Shown here in pieces: positions 34,054 to 44,772 of a DNA stretch of 64,000 nucleotides. Under the pieces are notes generated by a model. The model searched no databases. It was not told where the DNA came from and was given only the letters and a program-made list of their open reading frames with translations. The DNA comes from an uncultured virus (IMG/VR IMGVR_UViG_3300024505_000605) (lineage: Duplodnaviria; Heunggongvirae; Uroviricota; Caudoviricetes): the IMG/VR virus record IMGVR_UViG_3300024505_000605; one strand, 5' to 3'. A program made the position numbers and the translations under genes. Numbering within the stretch: position 1 is the first letter of the stretch; each line of letters opens with the position of its first letter.

Positions 34054-37000
34054 GTGGCTTACCAAGCCGATATTTTAATTAACGTACGCGGCTTCCAAGA
34101 TCTGGCGCGTATTCAAAAACAATTAGAAGGTACTGCCCGCAAGATTGATGAAGTAAATGAAGCAGCCGCCCGTATGGGCGCACCAAACAGAACCATCGAG
34201 CGTTTTTCCGCTCAACTACAACTTGCCGAACGGTCACTCCAAAAAGTTGCTATTGGCTCTGTACAAGAACAACGTGCAATCAGTAACTATGTAACCGCTT
34301 TAAACAATTCGAATGTAGCGAGAGACCGACAAAACAAACTTATTCAGGCAGAAATAAACACACGTAACGCGGCTACAAATGCAATTCGCGCAAATGTAGA
34401 AGCCAATATCGCAGAAAGCCAAGCTTCTAGAGCCGCTCGTGCCGAAGCCCAACAATTAAACGCGCAGCTTATACAACAGGAGCGTCTACGCAGAAAACTC
34501 GCTGAGCGCGGGCTCATGCAACTTAGTGGTGGCGGCGTCGCCAAAGGGGTTGCCGACGCCGGCTTCGGTGTACAAGGACCAGCTCGTCCACCAACAAAAA
34601 AACCTACGGGTCTTCAAGCCCCAGGCGTCATGGACGCCATTTTGGGTGGCGGCTTCCCGATGCTGTTCGGCGGCGGCCCCGGCGCCGTTCTGGGTGGCGC
34701 AGCCGGAGGTTTTATTGGTGGTGCTATGGGCGGCATGGCCGGCATGGCCCTCAGCATCGGCCTATCTGCCGTGGGGCAACAATTAGACGCCGCCGTTGTA
34801 AAAGTAAAAGAAGTAGGCGACGCCATCAACGCAATCAGCACTAATGATTTGCGCGATAGTTTTATCGTCGTTAACGCAGAGCTTGATACCACAGTACGCC
34901 GTCTACTCGAAGCGGGTCAAATCGACAAAGCCCGCGCCACACTTGCCGCTGAAGTAGCAGCTCAGACTGGCGCAAGCACGCAGGCCATTTCTGGCGTTAC
35001 TGCTAGCACCCAAAAGCTATTTACTGCGTGGGATCGCTTTACTAGCGCGGTCTCGACGACAGCCGGAATCATAGGGCAACCGTTACTAGACGGTTTAACA
35101 GCGGTATTGAATGTTGTGACCTTGGCTGCACAAGGTGCAAATACACTACTAAGTCTTTTCGCCAAAGTAGGTCCAATCTTAGAAACAGGCCTTGCACCAT
35201 TATTACCTATTATTCCTTTACTTAAGCAACTATCAAATGCTATGCCTAGTGGAGTAAATGAAGGCGTAGAAAAGCGTAAAGCTGCTTTAGAGGAAGAAAC
35301 AGATAATCGTATGTACAATCTTGTCCTAATGGGCAAACAAGAACGGATAGACAAACGGATGAATAGAGGTACAACGGCAGCAGCCCAAATACAGAATAAC
35401 GAACTGGATCGCCAAAAACAGATCAACTCTTTAGTTGCTAAGAGAGATGCAGATCTACGTGCTGCACGTAAAGAGTTCGGTGGTGTTGACGATACGCAGT
35501 TAGCTGTACTTGAAAAACAGATCCAAGTTGAATTCAAACTTAATCAAAGGCTCGTGGAGCGCGAGGCACTCCGTAAACGGGAACGCTTGGAACTGGAGCA
35601 AACCCTAGATGTAATTCGTGCTACAGCAACGGCAGAACTCGGGGCAATTAACCGTAAAGAACAAATTCGCCAACAAGATTTAAAACTATCCCAAGCTCTT
35701 CTCGAATCGGGGCAAAACTCTACCCGTCTAGAGGAAAGTAGTGCAAATAGTCGTCTTAAGGGTTATCAAACACAACTAAAATTTAGTACATCACTAAACG
35801 AAACATACGCTATATACGGCGCTATGTCTAATAAAGTAAACGAAATAGCCTCTACACAACAAGAAAGTGCACGAAATGAAGCTGAAATGACAAAATTACG
35901 TGCAGACGCAAGTGTGCGTGAAGCTGTAGCGGAAGCAGACCGTGCTAGTGTAATGGCCAGGGCTGCTGAAGCTGATAAAGAGGCTTTACGTGCCGCTGGA
36001 GACCTTACAGCATTAAAAGAAGTAGAGTTGAACAACATTATTGCTCAAGAGGCAATAGCTCAGCGCAATATAGGTATAACGCGAGAAACAGCTCAACTAG
36101 CTAAAGAAGATGCTGATGCCCAACTTGTAGTTTCAAAGGCTCTTATCGAAAGAAATAGACTTGAAGAACAACGGGCTATTACTGTACAAAAAGTAGCTGC
36201 CTACGCTGCTGACGCAGCACGCCAAACTGAGGCTTTCAATCGTGCCGCAAATGAGGCCACCAATGCTCTTAACAATCGCCTACAAGTAAGTGACGCTTTA
36301 ACACAAACAGCATTACAAATAAACAACATTGAAATTGAAAGTCTTCAAAACAAACTGGCTCAGGCCAAAACTGAAGGTCAGCGTATTGATATTTTGGATG
36401 CTATTCGAGAAATTGAAATCGAAAATGCGCGTATAACGCTTGAGTCAACTCGTACACAAATACGCGCAGAAGTAGAACGTCAGCGCATCGCCCTGTCCAT
36501 GGCGGAAGTCAAATACAGGGAACTCCAGTCCGTAGTCGCTTTGGCACGTGCACAAAAAGTCCTAACGATTGATCACATCGAAGCACTGCGTGCTCAAGAA
36601 TCCGCTCTCCGAATTGCAAAAGATAACTACGCAACTACGCTTCGTGTTGCCGACGCTCAATTACGTGCAGCAGATGCGGTATACAACGCTTCTGTTAATG
36701 CTGCAAATCTCAAAGCCAGCATGGAAGGTACCGCAGCCGCTGCCGAGCGCACAGCAGCCGCACTCCAGCAAGCCACAGGCACTGGAACAGCATCAACTCC
36801 GGCGCTGATTGCATTTGGCGAAGCGGGTAAAAACCTCGAATTTGCTAACGCCTGGTATGAACGTCTTAAGCAACTAGACGCCCAAACTGGCACTGTCGCC
36901 GGCAAGCAACGCGACTACAACAGAGCCTTTGAAGAATTCTTGGCACTGGCTGAACGGTATAACCGCATCCAAGCCGGCCAACGCCGCCAGCAAGCCCAAG

Positions 37001-37296
37001 CTGAAATTAGCGATCTAGGCTTCTACATGCCAGGAGCTGGTAGCAGTTCCAGTCGCGTATCCTCTGCCATGGAGCGCTTCGGTCCTAGCAGTGCTGGCGG
37101 CGCTGGTTCTGCAGGAATCAATCCGCAAGTCAGCATTACGACTGGTCCGGTGATGCGCATGGGCGATCAAAACTACGTTTCCCAAGGCGATCTAATGTCT
37201 GCGACAAGCTCCGCCGCAAAGCAAGGTGCTGCACTGGCACTCTCCAGGCTGAAAAACGACCCGGAAGCCCGTAGGAGCGTTGGTATTCTGCGATGA
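34054..37296 (+). CDS. Tape measure protein
   Basis: 1080 aa, Ala/Gln-rich helical, follows chaperones. Confidence 0.88.
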   Translation: MAYQADILINVRGFQDLARIQKQLEGTARKIDEVNEAAARMGAPNRTIERFSAQLQLAERSLQKVAIGSVQEQRAISNYVTALNNSNVARDRQNKLIQAEINTRNAATNAIRANVEANIAESQASRAARAEAQQLNAQLIQQERLRRKLAERGLMQLSGGGVAKGVADAGFGVQGPARPPTKKPTGLQAPGVMDAILGGGFPMLFGGGPGAVLGGAAGGFIGGAMGGMAGMALSIGLSAVGQQLDAAVVKVKEVGDAINAISTNDLRDSFIVVNAELDTTVRRLLEAGQIDKARATLAAEVAAQTGASTQAISGVTASTQKLFTAWDRFTSAVSTTAGIIGQPLLDGLTAVLNVVTLAAQGANTLLSLFAKVGPILETGLAPLLPIIPLLKQLSNAMPSGVNEGVEKRKAALEEETDNRMYNLVLMGKQERIDKRMNRGTTAAAQIQNNELDRQKQINSLVAKRDADLRAARKEFGGVDDTQLAVLEKQIQVEFKLNQRLVEREALRKRERLELEQTLDVIRATATAELGAINRKEQIRQQDLKLSQALLESGQNSTRLEESSANSRLKGYQTQLKFSTSLNETYAIYGAMSNKVNEIASTQQESARNEAEMTKLRADASVREAVAEADRASVMARAAEADKEALRAAGDLTALKEVELNNIIAQEAIAQRNIGITRETAQLAKEDADAQLVVSKALIERNRLEEQRAITVQKVAAYAADAARQTEAFNRAANEATNALNNRLQVSDALTQTALQINNIEIESLQNKLAQAKTEGQRIDILDAIREIEIENARITLESTRTQIRAEVERQRIALSMAEVKYRELQSVVALARAQKVLTIDHIEALRAQESALRIAKDNYATTLRVADAQLRAADAVYNASVNAANLKASMEGTAAAAERTAAALQQATGTGTASTPALIAFGEAGKNLEFANAWYERLKQLDAQTGTVAGKQRDYNRAFEEFLALAERYNRIQAGQRRQQAQAEISDLGFYMPGAGSSSSRVSSAMERFGPSSAGGAGSAGINPQVSITTGPVMRMGDQNYVSQGDLMSATSSAAKQGAALALSRLKNDPEARRSVGILR

Positions 37297-37742
37297 CAAC
37301 AGCCCTAGCTACTTATCTACAAATCACAACTGCAAACGGCACAAGTGTGTACAAGTGGCAAAGTTTTTGGCCCGATCAAACAGTTGATACCTACACTTTT
37401 TATCCGTTTGATGTTGGGTCTTTGATTTCTGCCCGCAACAGTATGCAGACAGATCTGGACATACGTTTACCGATGAACGCCACCACAGTGGCGCTAGCGG
37501 AGACGGGAATCGAGGATGGTTACTTAGCCACCGTCACGCTTTACAAATTCACGCTGGCACCTGGCGATACACTGCCCGCCAGCAAAACCGCTATCGCTGG
37601 CTATACAGGCCAAATCATCGGCGCTAGTCTTGATCAGACTGTCCTAACGCTGACACTTGGTTCCCCACTTGATGCCAGGGAAGCCCAAGCACCACCCCGT
37701 AAATTTACAACCGCTCTCGTTGGAACACCTCCGCTGGTGTAA
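37293..37742 (+). CDS. Minor tail protein
   Basis: Position after tape measure gene. Confidence 0.6.
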   Translation: MTTALATYLQITTANGTSVYKWQSFWPDQTVDTYTFYPFDVGSLISARNSMQTDLDIRLPMNATTVALAETGIEDGYLATVTLYKFTLAPGDTLPASKTAIAGYTGQIIGASLDQTVLTLTLGSPLDAREAQAPPRKFTTALVGTPPLV

Positions 37743-37748
37743 ACGCTA

Positions 37749-39809
37749 ATGACAGTCCCATCCAAAAATCCAACATCAGCGATTGCGGTATCTGTCTCCA
37801 GAGACGAACTCGGAGCAATTAAACAATCTCGTTCACCAGACGACGCATTTCTCAACGCACAAAAATACGTTGAAATCGGTCTTCCGATTCCGATTGTATT
37901 TGCCAAACAGATTAGTGGTGTAGGCGGTGTCTGGCTTTACCCTTATGGCATCCGGTACGGCTCACAGTACAACTCAGCTCTTGGCACAGATAGTTCTACT
38001 GCATACGTAATTAGTGAAGGCCAACTAGGTGCTATTACTACAGCCGACATTTATAAAGGGCAAATACTTCTATCCGACATACCAAATAGCGCAGCAACTA
38101 CGGCGTACGGCAGTATCCCAACAGCTGGTTTTAACTACACAATTTCTGCGGAAGTTCTAAAAAATGTAGATTTTTACGTTGCCACAGCTGTCACTACTTC
38201 TCCTTATACTTTAACACAAACAAATGCCACCTATATTTCTATCGAAAACCTTCGGGTATTCACACCATCATCAAGTGTATCGCAACAATTCAGTTACACG
38301 TTGACTGCCGACGGCGTGACTATCGCCACCAGTGGAGCCAGCACTGTTTCATCTCTTAACTACACCACTACATTCACAAGTTTAAAAACTTTAGTCCTTA
38401 CTATTATTCCTAGCGCAGCACCCGCTGGCACGACACTTTACAGCCGTTTTGTTGTTCAAAAACTGGTTGCTGCAACACCAGAAGATAGCCTGGCATATTC
38501 AGGTGAACCGCGTACACCAGGTTCCGGCGGTACATTTGCAGGTCTGACGTGTCTTGCTGTAAAAGGTTCCTTTGTTGGCACAGCCGGTTATAGCACTTCA
38601 AGTATTGATAACTTCTCTTCGAGCGTAGTAACGCAAGTAACTATAACAAAAAATGGTATTACAAAACTTGACATTGACAATCTACGTGTACTTAGTGGGA
38701 TTGTCAGTCAGCAGTTTGCGTACGATATTTACGTAGATGGAGTATTAGCGGATGGTACGTCAGCTACAGCCACTGTATCGGTTTCTTCTCTCAATTACAC
38801 GCGCACTTATTATGAGGCGGTAGATGTTCAAATCATTATTAGTCATCCTAGCGGAGGTAGTTTCCCGGGCGGTTCAACGCTCACAGCCACTATTACAACA
38901 GAAGCATCCGCAGAGGCCAATGCTGTTTCTGCACTTTCTCAAGATTCACTACGCTGCTTGGTCCGCAATGGTATTCAGGTCTACAACCTTCTCACTACAA
39001 GCACGGCTAGTAGCAGCAACTTTTTAGACCTCGCTTACTACTTACTTCAGCAGGCAGATGTGCCCGTGGGGCTAATCAACACTGCTGACTTTACGGCTGC
39101 CGCTACATTTACAAATTATCACTCAATGTACTTCAACGGAGCACTTACTGCAGCAACAAACTTAAAGACTTTTTTTGAAGAAACATCACCCTTTTTCTTG
39201 CTGCGCAGTCTGACCGTAGACGGAAAATACTCTTTCAAACCTGTTCTGCCAGTCAACGGAAACGGTAGCTTTAACGATGGCGTAATTACAGCTGTCCACA
39301 CATTTGACATGGACGACATCACAGAAGGTAGCTATAGCCGAACATATATTCCATTTACTGAGCGTAAAAGTATTTGTGCTTTGCTGGAATGGCGCAATCA
39401 ATCTTCTACGGACGTCATTGGCAACATGCTGGAAGTGCGCTATTCCGGTGAAGCCCCGGATGGTCCGTTTGAGTCGTACGACATGTATAACTTCTGTGTT
39501 TCCGAAGCACACGCAGCACTTATTGGTAAATATATCCTTGCAAGCCGTAAACACATTACCCATACAGTGAGATTTTCTACAACTGTAGATGTCTTAAATC
39601 TGACACCTCTGGACATCATCAAGATTGACTGGAACTATGCAGACGCTCTAGATACAGCAGGTGGTGAATCGTATTTTTACCAAATTGACACGATCACTGA
39701 AGTAACTACAGGTGAAGTAGAAGTTACGGCAACACATTTCCCAATAAACGAAGAAGGAAAAAGCACGATCATTGCTGACATCCTCACAGCCAGTTACACT
39801 GAAGATTAA
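37749..39809 (+). CDS. Tail tip/hub protein
   Basis: GLPIPIVFAK, FAGLT, DLAYYLL, PFFLL; position. Confidence 0.65.
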   Translation: MTVPSKNPTSAIAVSVSRDELGAIKQSRSPDDAFLNAQKYVEIGLPIPIVFAKQISGVGGVWLYPYGIRYGSQYNSALGTDSSTAYVISEGQLGAITTADIYKGQILLSDIPNSAATTAYGSIPTAGFNYTISAEVLKNVDFYVATAVTTSPYTLTQTNATYISIENLRVFTPSSSVSQQFSYTLTADGVTIATSGASTVSSLNYTTTFTSLKTLVLTIIPSAAPAGTTLYSRFVVQKLVAATPEDSLAYSGEPRTPGSGGTFAGLTCLAVKGSFVGTAGYSTSSIDNFSSSVVTQVTITKNGITKLDIDNLRVLSGIVSQQFAYDIYVDGVLADGTSATATVSVSSLNYTRTYYEAVDVQIIISHPSGGSFPGGSTLTATITTEASAEANAVSALSQDSLRCLVRNGIQVYNLLTTSTASSSNFLDLAYYLLQQADVPVGLINTADFTAAATFTNYHSMYFNGALTAATNLKTFFEETSPFFLLRSLTVDGKYSFKPVLPVNGNGSFNDGVITAVHTFDMDDITEGSYSRTYIPFTERKSICALLEWRNQSSTDVIGNMLEVRYSGEAPDGPFESYDMYNFCVSEAHAALIGKYILASRKHITHTVRFSTTVDVLNLTPLDIIKIDWNYADALDTAGGESYFYQIDTITEVTTGEVEVTATHFPINEEGKSTIIADILTASYTED

Positions 39810-39823
39810 AGGAGGACAAGTCT

Positions 39824-40201
39824 GTGGCCATCGCCAACTTCCCAAGCCTGGCACCCACAACTCGTGCTTGGACTCCTGGCGTCCCACCATCCTCACGCTT
39901 CAGCTCGCTAAACGGAAAAGAAGTTCGCATCTTGCACGGCACCACACCCGTAAATACCACGCTGGTACTGCAGTTTGAAAATCTCACAGAAGCAAACGCG
40001 AAACTGATCACAGACCACTACGAACTTGCCCGTGGTCCGTTTGAACTTTTCTCCCTTCCCGCACAGGTCTACGCGGGTTTAAGCGTTTACAACAACATCC
40101 AGCCCGCCCTTACCAGCTGGCGCTACTCCACCACACCATCCGTAACTTATCCAAGTCCCGGTATTGTTAGTGTGTCCGTCGAGCTGGTGGCTGTGTTCTA
40201 A
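39824..40201 (+). CDS. Distal tail protein
   Basis: FPSLAPT.R, DHY..ARG.F..F.LP, WRY. Confidence 0.6.
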   Translation: MAIANFPSLAPTTRAWTPGVPPSSRFSSLNGKEVRILHGTTPVNTTLVLQFENLTEANAKLITDHYELARGPFELFSLPAQVYAGLSVYNNIQPALTSWRYSTTPSVTYPSPGIVSVSVELVAVF

Positions 40202-40629
40202 TGGCAGCCCGCTACTTCACTGGAATTGACGGTGCGTTGTTGATCAACGGCACTCAAGTTGCAAAAGTCCGCAGCTGGACCCTTAACGCCACTGCCGAAA
40301 CACTAGAGACAACTACCACAGGCGACTACGCCCGCACCTACGTCTTCGGCCGCCAAGGCTGGAGCGGCAGTTGCACTGTCCTGTACTACCAAGACAGCAC
40401 TGGAGCACTGGCGATGCAGCCGCTGCTGGCTAACACGATCCGCACAACGTCACTGCCCAGCACAACGACGCATGTTTTGAAGTTGCAGCTGACCTCAGCC
40501 CGCGCTATCCAGGCCAATGTGCTGATCAACTCTGCCTCGATCAGCGCCAGTAGCGGTGAAGTTGTGGAGGTTTCCGTAGACTTTGTTGTGACAGGGCTGC
40601 TGACCGAAGCCACGATGGGAGCCTCCTAA
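40201..40629 (+). CDS. Tail-tube-like protein
   Basis: KVRSWTL...LETTTTGD...WSGSCTV. Confidence 0.65.
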   Translation: MAARYFTGIDGALLINGTQVAKVRSWTLNATAETLETTTTGDYARTYVFGRQGWSGSCTVLYYQDSTGALAMQPLLANTIRTTSLPSTTTHVLKLQLTSARAIQANVLINSASISASSGEVVEVSVDFVVTGLLTEATMGAS

Positions 40630-41492
40630 TGTCTGGCATCTATCTCGGCAATGGTGGACTCATCAAACTACGCCGACTATCCGGGCGTTCCTTCGATTCA
40701 GTAATCAACGATAACGCTGTAAACGTTTCCGCCAGTCGACTGGAACTCGACTTCGGCTCCAACGTATTCACAACTGGCGACAGAATTTCTATAACAAGCA
40801 GTACCGCGCTTGATTTCATTAGCGGCTACACACAAAATTCTGTAAGTGCTTACGTCAACGTAGATACTTTGGGCGGAATCCGCCTTTACAACACCTGGAA
40901 AAAGTCCATCAATAATGACCCCAACGAAGCATTTTTACTTGCCGATCCAGCAAGCCCCTACACAGCAACATTTGAACTACTAGGTGACGGCTACCGCGAT
41001 CTAGGTCAAATCCTCTCGTACACACTTAGCACTAACAGAAATTCTGCAGACGTCACTGCACTAGGTGACGCCTACTCCGCACAAATAGGGACGCTAATCA
41101 GCGGCAGTGGCAGCATTGAGTGCCTGTGGGATTACAGCGCAGGTGCGGGAGACGTCGAAAATTCGATGTACTTCCACCAGTTAATCCTGCGTCAGCAACT
41201 AGGTAGCACGTTTAAGGCAGCCCTGGTACTAAAAACCGCAGACAGTGCCCCTGCTGGAGGCGTAAGCGGCAACCCAACGGAATCTCTGTACTACTTAATT
41301 AACGCCGTCGTCACAAACGTGGCGATGTCCTTTGAGCCTTCAGAGCCAGTTCGATCCACGATTGAATTTGCAACGACCGGACTGATCGCAATTCGTTACG
41401 GCGACGTAGCCGATGCGCTACTTCTGCAGGAGTCCGAAGACGAAATTCTGCTGGAGCAAAGCTCAGGCAGCTTGGAGCTTGAAGCGGCTTAA
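40629..41492 (+). CDS. Tail protein with tube-like domain
   Basis: QILSYTL...ADVTALGD...GSGSIEC. Confidence 0.6.
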   Translation: MSGIYLGNGGLIKLRRLSGRSFDSVINDNAVNVSASRLELDFGSNVFTTGDRISITSSTALDFISGYTQNSVSAYVNVDTLGGIRLYNTWKKSINNDPNEAFLLADPASPYTATFELLGDGYRDLGQILSYTLSTNRNSADVTALGDAYSAQIGTLISGSGSIECLWDYSAGAGDVENSMYFHQLILRQQLGSTFKAALVLKTADSAPAGGVSGNPTESLYYLINAVVTNVAMSFEPSEPVRSTIEFATTGLIAIRYGDVADALLLQESEDEILLEQSSGSLELEAA

Positions 41493-41515
41493 ACTGTACA
41501 CACGGAGGCTTTGCT

Positions 41516-43219
41516 ATGGCCAATCTCAAGATCAGTCAGCTGGCAGCCATAGCGGAAGCGGACGTTGTATCCGCCGACGTTTTGGCTGTTGCGGATATTT
41601 CGGCAACCGAGACCAAAAAGATCACCGCTGCCGACCTCGTTAAGGCTGGCGCCCGACTGAACGCTGGCCCAGTCACCTTCGGCGATGACGTCGTTATCAC
41701 TGGCGACCTTACGGTCAACGGCACCAGCACAACGATTGAAAGCACAACAGTCGTAGTTGACGACAAAAATATCGAGCTTGGCGCAGTCGCCACTCCCACC
41801 GATGTAACTGCTGACGGTGGCGGCATCACTCTGCGTGGTGCGACAAACAAAACACTGAACTGGGTCAACGCCACGGATGCGTGGACCAGCAGTGAGCACG
41901 TCGACCTCGCCAGCGGCAAGAGCTACTACATCAACGGCAGCCAGGTCCTAAGCAGCACAACACTCGGCAGCGGCGTCACCGGCTCCAGCCTTACCAGCCT
42001 CGGCACCGTCACCACAGGTACCTGGAGCGCTTCGACTATTGCTGTCGATAAAGGAGGCACTGGCCAAACCAGCTATACCAACGGTCAACTGCTGATTGGT
42101 AACAGCACAGGTAACACGCTGACGAAAGCAACGTTGACCGCTGGGGCCGGCGTCACGATCACCAACGGCAACGGCTCAATCACCATTGCAGCCGCTGGAT
42201 CTGGCGGAACAGTTACCGGCGTCACCGGCACCGCTCCAATCGCAAGTTCGGGTGGCACAGCCCCCGATATTTCGCTGAGTCTTAAGGCGAATGGCGGTCT
42301 TGTTACCGAGACCAACGCACTGGCTGTTGACCTTGGCGCCAGCAGCATCACTGGAACACTTGGTGTTGCAGACGGCGGCACCGGGCAAACCACCTATACC
42401 GACGGCCAACTGCTGATTGGCAATAGCACCGGCAACACTCTTACCAAAGCAACACTGAGTGCCGGTACCGGCATCACAATCACGAACGGCAGCGGCTCAA
42501 TTTCCGTAGCTGGCACCGCCGCTTCTACTTCTGTTGCCGGCGTCGTACAGCTAACCGATAGCACTAGCAGCACCAGCACTACAACTGCTGCTACTCCCAA
42601 CAGCGTCAAGTCTGCATACGACTTGGCCAACGCAGCACTCCCCAAAGCCGGTGGAACGCTTACAGGCGATCTACTGCTGGATAACCAGTCAGATCTGCGT
42701 TTCGGGGAAGCCACCGGACATGGCGGCAACTGGGTTGCTTTCCAAGCACCCTCCACAGTTGCAAGCAACGTCACTTGGACACTGCCCAGTGCTGACGGCA
42801 CCGCATCCCAAGTCCTAAGCACCGACGGCGCTGGAACACTGAGCTGGACAACACCTGCCTCTGGTGCAGGACTAGATACCGCGCAGACTTGGACCAAAGG
42901 TCAACGCGGCGAGATTACAGCTCTTACTGATGGGGCTACGATCACGCCAGATTTCAGCGACAGCAACAACTACAGCGTGACTCTTGGCGGTAACCGCACC
43001 CTCGCCAACCCCACCAACTTGGTGGCTGGGCAGTCCGGCTGCATCTGGATCACGCAGGACGGCACCGGCTCCCGCACGCTGGCATACGGCAGCTACTGGG
43101 ACTTCACCGGCGGTACCGCGCCGACATTAACCACAACGGCTAACGCCGTGGACTGCTTGGTGTATGCCGTGCAGAGCAGCACCAAGATCACTGCCCAACT
43201 GATCACCAACCTGAGCTGA
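41516..43219 (+). CDS. Tail fibre protein
   Basis: MANLKISQL, GDLTVNGT, GVVQLTDST..AATPNSVK fibre repeat. Confidence 0.85.
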   Translation: MANLKISQLAAIAEADVVSADVLAVADISATETKKITAADLVKAGARLNAGPVTFGDDVVITGDLTVNGTSTTIESTTVVVDDKNIELGAVATPTDVTADGGGITLRGATNKTLNWVNATDAWTSSEHVDLASGKSYYINGSQVLSSTTLGSGVTGSSLTSLGTVTTGTWSASTIAVDKGGTGQTSYTNGQLLIGNSTGNTLTKATLTAGAGVTITNGNGSITIAAAGSGGTVTGVTGTAPIASSGGTAPDISLSLKANGGLVTETNALAVDLGASSITGTLGVADGGTGQTTYTDGQLLIGNSTGNTLTKATLSAGTGITITNGSGSISVAGTAASTSVAGVVQLTDSTSSTSTTTAATPNSVKSAYDLANAALPKAGGTLTGDLLLDNQSDLRFGEATGHGGNWVAFQAPSTVASNVTWTLPSADGTASQVLSTDGAGTLSWTTPASGAGLDTAQTWTKGQRGEITALTDGATITPDFSDSNNYSVTLGGNRTLANPTNLVAGQSGCIWITQDGTGSRTLAYGSYWDFTGGTAPTLTTTANAVDCLVYAVQSSTKITAQLITNLS

Positions 43220-43220
43220 G
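42746..43220 (+). repeat. Long imperfect direct repeat, copy 2
   Basis: Aligns to 1-475. Confidence 0.97.
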
Positions 43221-43223
43221 CTA

Positions 43224-43349
43224 ATGATTCCCGGAAGCGCTAATCCTCTCCTGCTTGCTACTGCTGCAGCCGGAGGATATTCCATTAGCAGAAGCCTTCG
43301 ATTCAATTCAAGTGACAGTGCCTACGATGGCCAGGAGGTGGCAGCATGA
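43224..43349 (+). pseudogene. 41-aa stub matching the lectin tail protein N-terminus
   Basis: MIPGSANPLLLATAAAGGYSISRSLRFNSSDSAYDGQEVAA* matches the start of 476..2866. Confidence 0.7.
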
Positions 43350-44227
43350 CTATTCCAGGAAGTGCAAATCCGCTGCTTTTGGCTGCCGCCGTCGTAAATG
43401 TCACTCCCACAGTTGAATACTTAGTAGTTGCTGGCGGCGGCGGTGGCGGCGCGGGTGGTGGTGGTGGCGGCGGAGCAGGAGGCTTTTTAACGGCATCCAG
43501 TTTTTCGGTTTCACCTGGAATTTCCTATACGGTCACAGTTGGAGCTGGAGGAACGGGTGCAGAAGGAAGCGCAACTCCTGGGCCTGGAGGAACTGGCAAC
43601 AATTCAGTATTCTCATCAATTACTGCAACCGGAGGAGGTGGCGGTGGTAGCAAAGTAGGTAATTCAGCACCAACCACTGGCGGATCTGGTGGTGGAGCTT
43701 ACGGAGACACCCTATCTTCGGTAACTGGTGCCAACGGAACCACTGGGCAAGGCAATAAGGGTGGCAACAATATAAGCACTGGCCAGGGCTACCCCGCTGG
43801 CGGCGGCGGTGGAGCTAGCGCAGCGGGATCAAATGGGTCAACGAATCAATCAGGCAAGGGCGGAGATGGAACAGCATCATCAATTACTGGTTTATCAGTT
43901 ACCTATGCAGGAGGTGGCGGTGGCGGTGGTACTGCGAATGGTGCTGTAGCTGGTGCTGGTGGCTCTGGTGGCGGCGGCGCTGGAGGCGCGTATCTAGCAA
44001 ACGGAACTTCAGGTAGCGTGAATACAGGAGGCGGCGGTGGCGGCAGTGGCGCAAATGTTTCACCACCTCCTTATTATTTAGGAGGCAACGGCGGGTCGGG
44101 AATAGTGGTCATCCGCTATCTTGATACTTATCCTGCTGCCGCCGCAACTACAGGAAGCCCAACGGTTACAACATCGGGGGGTTACCGCATTTACAAATTT
44201 ACTAGCTCCGGGAGCATTACTTTCTAA
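43346..44227 (+). CDS. Glycine-rich tail-associated protein
   Basis: VEYLVVAGGGGG...GGSGIVVIRY...YKFTSSGSITF. Confidence 0.8.
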   Translation: MTIPGSANPLLLAAAVVNVTPTVEYLVVAGGGGGGAGGGGGGGAGGFLTASSFSVSPGISYTVTVGAGGTGAEGSATPGPGGTGNNSVFSSITATGGGGGGSKVGNSAPTTGGSGGGAYGDTLSSVTGANGTTGQGNKGGNNISTGQGYPAGGGGGASAAGSNGSTNQSGKGGDGTASSITGLSVTYAGGGGGGGTANGAVAGAGGSGGGGAGGAYLANGTSGSVNTGGGGGGSGANVSPPPYYLGGNGGSGIVVIRYLDTYPAAAATTGSPTVTTSGGYRIYKFTSSGSITF

Positions 44228-44604
44228 TGGCACACTTCGCACAAATAGACACTAACTGGGTTGTGCAACAAGTCATTGTTGTTGACAATTCAATTTTGCT
44301 CAACGAGCAGGGCATTGAGTGTGACTGGCTGGGCGAACAGTTTTGTCAACAGCTTTATGGCGCCCATACTAAATGGATTCAGACCAGTTACAACGGTAAT
44401 AAGTACAAGAACTTTGCCGGCATTAGCTTTACATTTGATCCGCATCGCAACGCTTTTATCCCGCCAAAGCCTTATCCGTCATGGTTGCTTAACGAAGGAT
44501 CCTGCAGATGGGAGGCGCCAGAGCCATATCCAACAGATGGCCAACTTTATCAATGGAACGAAGACTCTTTGAGCTGGATTCTTTCAGAACAGTTGCCTCA
44601 GTAG
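44227..44604 (+). CDS. MAHFA-family protein, partner of Gly-rich tail proteins
   Basis: MAHFAQ...WIQTSYN...NFAGI...FIPPKPYPSW..WEAP..YP. Confidence 0.75.
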   Translation: MAHFAQIDTNWVVQQVIVVDNSILLNEQGIECDWLGEQFCQQLYGAHTKWIQTSYNGNKYKNFAGISFTFDPHRNAFIPPKPYPSWLLNEGSCRWEAPEPYPTDGQLYQWNEDSLSWILSEQLPQ

Positions 44605-44772
44605 TGGAACAAATAGTGTGCCCCACCAGTGAGCAGATGTAACAACCTGAACTAATGACCCACTCCTTCTCTGAACTCACCAAAGGCATCAGCCAAAAGC
44701 GCCGTGAACAGATCGAACAGCGTAAAGAAGAGATCCGACGCAAGTGGTTTGAAACCCCATTAGGGAACAAGG

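Noticed and set aside
5200..42400. Frequent RCTGGARC octamer as a Chi/KOPS-like polar motif
   Set aside because: Present on both strands and partly explained by common codon pairs; cannot be quantified by eye
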